Assembly: GCA_016786585.1 (NCBI GenBank)
Contig: JAEUUI010000022.1
Coordinates: 7,826-71,825 of the forward strand
DNA length: 64,000 nucleotides
Direction: 5' to 3'
DNA from: Cyclobacteriaceae bacterium
Lineage (GTDB): Bacteria > Bacteroidota > Bacteroidia > Cytophagales > Cyclobacteriaceae
Numbering within the stretch: the first letter of the stretch is position 1; each line of letters starts with the position of its first letter. The position numbers and the translations under genes were made by a program. The notes under the pieces were generated by a model, which did no database searches, was not told the origin of the DNA, and worked only from the letters and a program-made list of their open reading frames with translations. Shown here piece after piece: positions 38,959 through 46,719 of the stretch.

Positions 38959-39549
38959 TTATTTGCCAACCGTTTCTTTTCTCTTTAGTCGTCCGTTGCC
39001 CGCTTTGTCGTAATGGTGAATCTCCTTTTTCCGTCCGTCCGGATGATAGAAGATTAATTGTCCCACGGGATTACCTTTCTTAAAATATCCTTCTAGTCGC
39101 TTATTTCCATTGTCAAAATAATCCACGTTGTACCCTTCACATAATTGGTCGCAACAAGAGTATCCACAGTCTCCCGCACTTTGTGGTGGTAGAACACAAT
39201 TTATAACATAACAGTCCATTATAGCGGACCTTGTTAACGTGTCGTAATTTTTTCCTTGAGATATTGTAATAACCTTTACCGAGTCGACCAAACGATAAAG
39301 CGTGTAGTCAAAAACCTTCAACTTATAAATTCCAGGATCTGGCAAATAAATTGTCCCAAGAGTATCTGAAATCTGAAACATCTTTCCATCCTTAACTAAA
39401 TGAACGAGTAATTCATTTTCATAAGTCGAATTGCATGGATTAAAAGTTACTACGTTTAGTGTGATTCCTTGTCCATGAGTCAAATCTGTCCAGAAGTTGA
39501 AAAATAATATGATTGCTAATACTCTCATGTCTTTTTGGCCGTTGCCCAC
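38959..39549 (-). CDS. Secreted protein with C-terminal MORN-variant / YwqK-like repeats
   Basis: Likely start at MRVLAIILFFNFW (39528). The C-terminus YFDNGNKRLEGYFKKGNPVGQLIFYHPDGRKKEIHHYDKAGNG resembles YwqK-family repeats. Confidence 0.6.
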   Translation of the reverse strand: MGNGQKDMRVLAIILFFNFWTDLTHGQGITLNVVTFNPCNSTYENELLVHLVKDGKMFQISDTLGTIYLPDPGIYKLKVFDYTLYRLVDSVKVITISQGKNYDTLTRSAIMDCYVINCVLPPQSAGDCGYSCCDQLCEGYNVDYFDNGNKRLEGYFKKGNPVGQLIFYHPDGRKKEIHHYDKAGNGRLKRKETVGK

Positions 39550-39855
39550 AACGTTGGTTTTTATGCAGTGTGCGGAGTAGGAGGGCTTAAAAATGAAGCG
39601 CAGCGGAATGTTTTACTCTACCAGTTGCGGCCAACCAGCTACTATAACAAAAATTGAAATATCTAATTTAGAGTTGTCCTAAAAATGGGGAGCTTACAAT
39701 CCGTGACTGCAGTCTCTTCACCCCAGATAGATTTATTGATTATTTCTTTTTTAAAATCAGTCGCCGTTTTCATTGGTACTTAGTTGTTGATATGATTACC
39801 GCTAACGCTTGTGCATAAGCAGTGGCGGGTCTTCGAAGCGCTTCACTGCCCCACG

Positions 39856-39916
39856 ATACCAAACTTATTTTGAAAAACTAAACTACAAATTTACACTGAA
39901 CCCCGCCATTGATTAT
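39856..39916 (-). repeat. Reiterated intergenic module, copy Y (contains TAAATTTG -7 box on the minus strand at 39886-39893)
   Basis: See copy X. It lies between the 40094-41281 and 38959-39549 genes. Confidence 0.7.
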
Positions 39917-40093
39917 GCACTTTGTTGCCGGCTGTTGGCCTTTGTCCATTCAATTGCATGTTGTCCTTCAGTCCAATTCGTATTACTTTCTACTTCTGAA
40001 TTGTCGGCTTACTCTAAGTTTAGTGTGTTGGCCGCTCCGTTTTCTTTTCTCCTGTTAAATTTTTGAATATTCAAGAAAGTGAATTTCAAAGAT

Positions 40094-41281
40094 TTATCGA
40101 ATCCAGGATACACTCAAGGTATTAAAGTCATATATCTTATTTTGGTCATTCAACAGAAACTGCCAGAGAATGGAAACATTTTCAAATTTCATAACATAGC
40201 TGTAATCAAAAGATTCTTGAAATTTCTCTTTATGTATCAATTCCAATGACTTTAAGTCCCCAAATTTTCCATAGATATTCTTAATATTATCTTCTGATTT
40301 TTTTAAATCAAGAGCAAAGTTTTCTGTAAGATCAGTGTATTTCAATTTTCCATTTGCTACTTCACTAAATAAATTTTGAATTTTGGCTGTTATTTCATGT
40401 TCTTGGTTAGGCAATGGCTTATACATTGTCAAAATATGTCTGTGCATATTTAGTGTCAATGGCATTACTGTTTGGTGTATTTGATTAGAAATATTTGATG
40501 TCTCATAGTAATGTCCCCCCTTTTTCAATTCTTCAAAAAGATTAAGTTTTGTATTTTCATTTGGATTAGCGAAGTTATAAAATACGATTTCTCCAGTTTT
40601 TAAATCATACGAGTTTGAGTATTTAGTGCCGCCATCTCCAGGAACTACACATTGCCTTAGAATTTCGGCACCTTCATTTATACTTGGGGTATTTCCCTCT
40701 TTATATAATCTATCAAAAGTGGCTTCACCAAAGCCCGAACCCCTACTTTTAATTGTGGTATCAAAATATAGATTGCCATTTTTTGAGCCAATAATTACGG
40801 ACATTCCTGATTTGTCAGCTATAAATAATGTAGTCCTTGCGAATGCTGGTTCGCTGTATTTCTGGTAAAATTTTATAGCTTCCTGCACAGTCTTGCATCT
40901 CTCAAGCATCCATTGGGCCGTGTTTACATTCAAATGAATCTTTTTTTTGTCAGGCACATAGTTGGAGTCAACGGTGTAACTATCTCCATCAACAGTAACC
41001 CACTCAAAAGCTAACCCTTTTGTATTTAGTCCACCTTGAGCTTCTCCATCATTAAAACCCACATAAGCACTACCGAAATGACCTTTCCCTTCTGGAACAA
41101 ACCAAATCCTTGTTTTAGGGTTAGTAAAATCTTCATTGTTAAAAAAGTAAGTATGCTTACCATCTGTCAATACAAAAACAGTACAAGCGTTTGAAGAAAG
41201 TACTCCCCCTAAGAATATTATTAGAAATAAAATTCCTGAGACAGAAAATGAATATGGAAAACGAAACATGATTTTGTCCAT
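40094..41281 (-). CDS. Secreted Ntn-hydrolase-like protein (choloylglycine hydrolase / linear amide C-N hydrolase type)
   Basis: 395 aa. The signal sequence ends in SSNA, followed by CTVFVLTDGKHTYFFNNEDF, so a Cys would be the N-terminal nucleophile after cleavage. AT-rich. Confidence 0.65.
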   Translation of the reverse strand: MDKIMFRFPYSFSVSGILFLIIFLGGVLSSNACTVFVLTDGKHTYFFNNEDFTNPKTRIWFVPEGKGHFGSAYVGFNDGEAQGGLNTKGLAFEWVTVDGDSYTVDSNYVPDKKKIHLNVNTAQWMLERCKTVQEAIKFYQKYSEPAFARTTLFIADKSGMSVIIGSKNGNLYFDTTIKSRGSGFGEATFDRLYKEGNTPSINEGAEILRQCVVPGDGGTKYSNSYDLKTGEIVFYNFANPNENTKLNLFEELKKGGHYYETSNISNQIHQTVMPLTLNMHRHILTMYKPLPNQEHEITAKIQNLFSEVANGKLKYTDLTENFALDLKKSEDNIKNIYGKFGDLKSLELIHKEKFQESFDYSYVMKFENVSILWQFLLNDQNKIYDFNTLSVSWIR

Positions 41282-41543
41282 TTGCTTTAGTTTTTAATAA
41301 TAAATATTGTGGTTTGCCTTATGTTACACCCTGATAACGGTCATCTTTCGAACAGGTTTTCCACGAGTACAATTTTTTAAATCTCAATTTAGTTTATGTA
41401 CGTCACAAGAGGAAAAGTCAATCTTTCGTTTTTCCATTGTCAACCGAAAACTTAGCCGTCTGGTCCGTCACTGTCCACGAAGGCGACCAATTGCCGGCAA
41501 CGTCCGGATATAAGCCACACTATGGCCTATATTTCTTTACTAA

Positions 41544-42281
41544 TTACCCCAACCTCTTCGCTACCTCATCCCAATTCACAACGTTCCACCAGTTGGTAAT
41601 GTATTCGTTGCGTTTGTTTTGGTATTTCAAATAGTAGGCGTGTTCCCAAACGTCCAGACCCAAAAGTGGTGTACCTTTTACTTCAGCAGTATCCATCAGC
41701 GGGTTATCCTGGTTGGGTGTAGAGGTGATCTGTAGCTTGCCGCTCGCATCTTTTACCAGCCACGCCCAGCCTGAACCGAACCGACCCATCGCAGCGGCAT
41801 TAAATTGTTCCATAAACTTAGGCACGGAACCGAACGATCCATCAAGCGCAGCAACAATTTTCCCATACGGAGTTCCGCTTGCGCCCGGCTTCATCACCTG
41901 CCAGAAGAAATTATGATTCCATGCACCACCGGCATTGTTGCGAACTTTGGCTGACAGCTTCGAAGCATTGTCAAAAAATTCTTTTTCCGAAGAGTACGTG
42001 AGTTTCTCTGCCACAATCGCTTCGTTCACGTTTTTAATGTACGCAGCATGATGTTTTGTATAATGAATGTCCATCGTGAGGGCATCAATGCTCGGTTCGA
42101 GTGCATTCTTCTCGTACGGCAACGGTATCTGTTTGAATTCAAATGCGGCTGCGGTTCCTGCTTTACCTAAGTTGCCGGCAGGCTGTGCAAATGCGTTCTC
42201 TAAAATGAACGATGAGCCTACGGCTGCGCCAACGGATGCTTTGAGCGAATCGCTCATAAATTTTCTGCGTGATGTTTTCAT
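41544..42281 (-). CDS. sodA: Fe/Mn-family superoxide dismutase with N-terminal Tat signal
   Basis: 245 aa. N-terminus MKTSRRKFMSDSLKASVGAAVGSSFILENAFA, then the canonical HYTKHHAAYIKNVN and GLDVWEHAYYLKYQNKR. Confidence 0.93.
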   Translation of the reverse strand: MKTSRRKFMSDSLKASVGAAVGSSFILENAFAQPAGNLGKAGTAAAFEFKQIPLPYEKNALEPSIDALTMDIHYTKHHAAYIKNVNEAIVAEKLTYSSEKEFFDNASKLSAKVRNNAGGAWNHNFFWQVMKPGASGTPYGKIVAALDGSFGSVPKFMEQFNAAAMGRFGSGWAWLVKDASGKLQITSTPNQDNPLMDTAEVKGTPLLGLDVWEHAYYLKYQNKRNEYITNWWNVVNWDEVAKRLG

Positions 42282-42338
42282 AACGATTGTTTTTAATGAT
42301 AATCCGAACTGATTTTCGGAGCGAGGCTTCTCACAGGT

Positions 42339-43370
42339 ATGGCATTAAATTTAGGCAAAAAATTTTTAGCTTGCAGTAACCAACCGATGAACGGTATGAG
42401 CGACATCTTATACAACGAAATACCCTCACTTGATCTCGCAGATTTCTATGGTGGTGATCCGGTAAAAAAGAAGAAGTTCGTGGCTGACCTGGGCGCTGCA
42501 TACAATACCATCGGATTTGTAGCTATTCGCAATCACTACCTGACGGATGAACTTTCGGATAAGCTTTATACAGCGGTTAAGAAATTCTATGCGTTGCCGG
42601 AAGATGTTAAGAAGAAATATGAAATTCCGGGATTGGCCGGCCAGCGCGGGTACATCGGCAAAGGAAAGGAGCATGCAAAAGGCCGCAACACGGGTGATCT
42701 AAAAGAGTTTTATCATGTCGGACAGGAAGTAACCGACAATGATCCGATAAAGAAGGAGTACCCGGACAATGTTTGGCCTGCGGAAGTGCCCGAGTTTAAA
42801 GAAATCGCGCTTGATGTTTACCGCAGACTGGAGAAGACCGGTGTGTACATGCTTCGCGCGATTGCGTTGTACTTAAATCTGCCGGAAGATTACTTCGATC
42901 CGAAAGTTCGGCACGGCAATAGTATTCTTCGCCCGATACATTACTATCCGATTGAAGATCCGGATTCAGTTCCTGCCGATGCGGTTCGCGCAGCGGAACA
43001 TGGCGACATCAACCTGATCACTTTATTAATGGGCGCAAGTGCGGATGGCCTGCAAGTTCTTCGCAGGGATGGCAAGTGGATTCCGATTACGGCATTGCCC
43101 GATCAGCTTGTGGTAAATGTGGGCGACATGCTCGAACGTCATACCAACAAAAAATTAAAGTCAACGATCCATCGCGTGGTTAATCCGCCCCGCGAAAAAA
43201 TGAATACACCGCGGTATTCAATTCCATTCTTCATGCACCCAAGATCTGAAATGGATCTTACCTGTTTACCGGGATGCATTGATGCGGAACATCCGAAATT
43301 GTTCGAAGACATTACTGCCGGAGCTTTTTTGGATCAGCGACTGGCTGAAATCGGTTTAAAGAAAAAGTAA
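42339..43370 (+). CDS. 2-oxoglutarate/Fe(II)-dependent oxygenase (isopenicillin N synthase family)
   Basis: The likely true start is MSDILYNEIP at 42396. HxD (EHGDIN) plus a distal His (STIHRV) form the facial triad. Confidence 0.85.
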   Translation: MALNLGKKFLACSNQPMNGMSDILYNEIPSLDLADFYGGDPVKKKKFVADLGAAYNTIGFVAIRNHYLTDELSDKLYTAVKKFYALPEDVKKKYEIPGLAGQRGYIGKGKEHAKGRNTGDLKEFYHVGQEVTDNDPIKKEYPDNVWPAEVPEFKEIALDVYRRLEKTGVYMLRAIALYLNLPEDYFDPKVRHGNSILRPIHYYPIEDPDSVPADAVRAAEHGDINLITLLMGASADGLQVLRRDGKWIPITALPDQLVVNVGDMLERHTNKKLKSTIHRVVNPPREKMNTPRYSIPFFMHPRSEMDLTCLPGCIDAEHPKLFEDITAGAFLDQRLAEIGLKKK

Positions 43371-43385
43371 GCCTAATCCATAAGC

Positions 43386-44618
43386 TTGTATCAGCAAGTC
43401 CGATATGGTGTTTTTCTGCGGGATGTGCTCATGCTCGCAGTCACTTCATTTGGCGGACCCCAAGCGCACCTGGCACATTTTCATAAAATCCTCGTAACCA
43501 AACGCAACTATCTGTCGGAAGCCGACCTGATGGAACTGAATTCGCTTTGCCAGATTCTTCCGGGGCCGAGTTCTACACAAACATTGGTAGCCGTGGGTTT
43601 TAAAATTGGTGGTACCAGTCTTGCGTATCTAACCTTGCTTGTCTGGACATTACCCTCGGTTATTTTCATGACGATCATGGCGATTTCGCTTTTTGACATT
43701 GAGCAAAAAAACTGGTCGCTTGAGTTTACACGATTCATTCAGCCGATGGCCGTGGGGTTCATCAGCTATGCTGCGTATTCGATCAGCGTTAAAACGATCA
43801 ATACAAAAACGGGTATCAGCCTGATGATCATGGCGGCTGTTACCTCGTATTTCATTCAAACACCTTTTGTGTTTCCGGCTATTTTGTTTGTTGCCGGATT
43901 AATCAGTGCGCTGAAATACCGCGCACAACCGAAAGAGGAGAAAAAGAAAATCAGCATCCGTTGGACAAGCTTAATACTCTGGGCGGGTGTACTGGTATTC
44001 GCGGCGTTGATGGGCTGGGCAACTAAAAAGGTTCCGGAAGTAACACGCCCGATCAGGTTGTTTGAGAACTTCTATCGAAACGGCAGCCTGGTGTTTGGCG
44101 GAGGCCAGGTACTGGCACCGATGCTGTATACCGAGTTTGTAAAAAAGGATTCAACTGAAGAACATGTACGGCCGGTGGAGTTTAGCAAAAAACCTTTTTT
44201 GAATCACGATGAGTTTCTGACAGGCTACGCCATTGTTCAAACACTTCCCGGACCAGTATTCGCGTTCAGTGCTTTCATTGGTTCCCTATCGATGCGCGAG
44301 TATGGAACGTTTGGTGAGATCATGGGTGCGTTTATGTCGGCCCTTGGAATTTTCCTTCCGGGAACATTTTTGATATTCTTTGTGATCAGGTTTTGGGACA
44401 GCCTGAAAAAGTATCGCGCGATCCGGGCTTCACTGGAAGGAATAACGGCTGCGAGCGCAGGATTGATTGCGGCATCGGCTGTGATCTTGTTTCAACCGTT
44501 GGATAATACCGTAATGAATTTTGCTTTTACAATCGGCACGTTCTGCATGCTTGCTTTTACACGCGTGCCGGCTCCGTATATAATCCTGGGCGGTCTTGCG
44601 CTAGGATTGTTGCTGTGA
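43386..44618 (+). CDS. chrA: Chromate transporter (ChrA family)
   Basis: 410 aa. Duplicated CHR domains, with SFGGPQAHLAHF near the N-terminus and GGGQVLAPML in the second half. Confidence 0.88.
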   Translation: MYQQVRYGVFLRDVLMLAVTSFGGPQAHLAHFHKILVTKRNYLSEADLMELNSLCQILPGPSSTQTLVAVGFKIGGTSLAYLTLLVWTLPSVIFMTIMAISLFDIEQKNWSLEFTRFIQPMAVGFISYAAYSISVKTINTKTGISLMIMAAVTSYFIQTPFVFPAILFVAGLISALKYRAQPKEEKKKISIRWTSLILWAGVLVFAALMGWATKKVPEVTRPIRLFENFYRNGSLVFGGGQVLAPMLYTEFVKKDSTEEHVRPVEFSKKPFLNHDEFLTGYAIVQTLPGPVFAFSAFIGSLSMREYGTFGEIMGAFMSALGIFLPGTFLIFFVIRFWDSLKKYRAIRASLEGITAASAGLIAASAVILFQPLDNTVMNFAFTIGTFCMLAFTRVPAPYIILGGLALGLLL

Positions 44619-45335
44619 TTATTTCCGGTTTCCGAAAAATAATGTAAGAAAGAGTGTCGGGTAAACAGAATAGTTTTTAGCCAACACCATCATATCGATT
44701 TTGCGTGTGTATACATCAACCAGCACACCGGCTTCAAAACCTGTAACCTGGCTTTTAAAAATCCCCAACTCAAAGTTCATGGCTGCTTTCAGGTTAAGAC
44801 CCGGAACAATCTTTGAATCGCCCAGTCCCTGAAACAACCGCCCAGGACCCAGGATGTTTTCTTTGGCCATCGTTTCGTTATACTGTGCGCGAATGGTGAT
44901 ATCGTCTTTCAGGTATTCAACATAGTAAGGCGCTTCAACGCCAATGCTTGGACCCGCGGCAAACACAGCTTTTATTTCAACGCCCTGTTGTGGCGCTTTC
45001 TTGAACAGGATAAAATCGCGGCCGTATTGAAGCCTGAAGGTGTAGAGGTAGTTCTGTTTGCCGAACGTGAAGAAGTTGCCGTAAGCCGAATTGAATCGTA
45101 CTTCCTGCGGATGACGAACGTTCATGATCTCCAGCCCGAAGGTTTGCAGCATCCGGTCGGTCATTTTGAATGACTTCTTGAACACGAATCCACCAATTAA
45201 TCCGCCTGACGTATTCTTGTTTAGCCCCCAGGTAAATTCCGACTCATATTCATACCCGTCCTGAACCTGGGCAACCAGGGTTCCGGCAAACATTAACAAA
45301 GTGAGGGAAATCGCTAAAATTCTAATCAACCGCAT
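44619..45335 (-). CDS. Hypothetical outer-membrane beta-barrel-like protein
   Basis: 238 aa with a signal peptide, alternating hydrophobic beta-strand pattern and a C-terminal aromatic-rich end. Confidence 0.6.
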   Translation of the reverse strand: MRLIRILAISLTLLMFAGTLVAQVQDGYEYESEFTWGLNKNTSGGLIGGFVFKKSFKMTDRMLQTFGLEIMNVRHPQEVRFNSAYGNFFTFGKQNYLYTFRLQYGRDFILFKKAPQQGVEIKAVFAAGPSIGVEAPYYVEYLKDDITIRAQYNETMAKENILGPGRLFQGLGDSKIVPGLNLKAAMNFELGIFKSQVTGFEAGVLVDVYTRKIDMMVLAKNYSVYPTLFLTLFFGNRK

Positions 45336-45406
45336 GATCCTTCCGGTAACTTTCTGATAAATTTAGAGGCTTTTAAGGTAACGCAAAAAATTAACTTACG
45401 GTATTT

Positions 45407-45811
45407 ATGACCACACTTACTTCTGTCTACAAAGGCTCATTACGCACTGAAAATACACATACGCGCTCCGGCCAGGTGGTGATTACCGATGCCCCGGTTG
45501 ATAACAAAGGAAAGGGTGAGGCTTTTAGCCCTACCGACCTGGTGTGTACGGCCCTCAGCAGTTGCATGCTTACCACGATGGCCATCGTAGCAGACCGTGA
45601 GCAGGTTGATATGACTGGCATGACCACGGAAGTGGTAAAGATCATGGGTGCGAACCCCAGGAAAATTGCCGAGATACAGGTTACGCTCACCCATCCGGGG
45701 TTAAAGGCCAGCGCTGAGCAAATTGATAAACTGAAACATGCTGCGCATACATGCCCTGTTGCGCTGAGTCTTCATGATTCAGTGAAGCAAACGATCACAT
45801 TTAACTTTTAG
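45407..45811 (+). CDS. OsmC-family peroxiredoxin-like protein
   Basis: 134 aa with two conserved Cys contexts (LSSCMLTTM and HTCPVALSL). Confidence 0.88.
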   Translation: MTTLTSVYKGSLRTENTHTRSGQVVITDAPVDNKGKGEAFSPTDLVCTALSSCMLTTMAIVADREQVDMTGMTTEVVKIMGANPRKIAEIQVTLTHPGLKASAEQIDKLKHAAHTCPVALSLHDSVKQTITFNF

Positions 45812-45905
45812 CATTCGCTAATGCTATAACGGATGACAAATCCGGACAAACTACCATTTCTGCAACGTTTGGCAGCACTTCATCGTCTTCTCAAAAAGAG
45901 TTTTT

Positions 45906-46373
45906 ATGAAGCGATTGATTACCCCAACCACCCTGTGTTTGCTTACATTTTTTGGAACCTTGAGCTTGTCCGCACAAGTACAGTCTGAATTAAAGATCGT
46001 AGACCTTTCAAAAAAAGAGGTCAGGGTTTTTAATGCCGCCCAAAAATTGCCGGATGAGGCGCGCATGAATCTAATAATGGATTCGCTTTTTATTCCCTAT
46101 ACACAATTCTGGAGCAGTTATTTAGGAAGCGAGAAAAAATTTCTTCGATGGGTGAAAAAGGATGTTTATCCGAATCTTGAAAAGCTTAATGAATTGAACG
46201 ACACATTGAATCGTGAAGCCGTTCTGAAAATTGTTTCAGCAGATAAAAGACGTAAGCGCGATAGTATTGTTTACGTGGTGTTTGGACCGGGATGTACAGA
46301 CGTGGGGAGGTTTCAGGATGGCACCGAGGTTGTCGATTTGATGCATGAAAAGTACTCAGCATTGAATCGTTAG
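45906..46373 (+). CDS. Hypothetical secreted protein
   Basis: 155 aa with a signal peptide and no motif. Its 3' end overlaps the convergent ytxJ-like gene by 4 nt. Confidence 0.5.
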   Translation: MKRLITPTTLCLLTFFGTLSLSAQVQSELKIVDLSKKEVRVFNAAQKLPDEARMNLIMDSLFIPYTQFWSSYLGSEKKFLRWVKKDVYPNLEKLNELNDTLNREAVLKIVSADKRRKRDSIVYVVFGPGCTDVGRFQDGTEVVDLMHEKYSALNR

Positions 46374-46711
46374 CCGACTACCTTTCTTTTGATCGCACTA
46401 AAATCGATCCCGTAATGTGAGTTGTCGTACACGGATTTTCCGTTGCGGATAATCAGCACCTGTGGCGACTGATGTTCAACGTTAAACTGCTCGGCAATTG
46501 CATTGGAGATATTCCGGTATGATAACAGATCCAGAAAATATGGCTTGACGTTTGGCACTTCGGCCTCTTTCCAGTTGCGTTCCAGCCGGTCGAGTGCTGC
46601 ACGACTAATGTTGCAGCGGGTGCTGTGTTTGAAGATTAAGATGGTGTTGTCAGACGATTCGTTGACAATGTCGTTCAACTGTTCAGTGCGTTCGAGATAA
46701 TTCCAGTTCAT
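46370..46711 (-). CDS. ytxJ: YtxJ-type monothiol thioredoxin-fold protein (bacillithiol system-associated family)
   Basis: 113 aa. The TRCNIS motif (T-x-C-x-x-S) is in the characteristic KHSTRCNISRAAL context. Confidence 0.75.
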   Translation of the reverse strand: MNWNYLERTEQLNDIVNESSDNTILIFKHSTRCNISRAALDRLERNWKEAEVPNVKPYFLDLLSYRNISNAIAEQFNVEHQSPQVLIIRNGKSVYDNSHYGIDFSAIKRKVVG

Positions 46712-46719
46712 ACAAGTTG

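Noticed and set aside
39809-40066. 85-aa plus-strand ORF in the spacer between the cassettes
   Set aside because: It runs through the reiterated intergenic module (copy Y), is Cys/Leu/Phe-rich with no motif, and opposes the orientation of every neighbouring gene.
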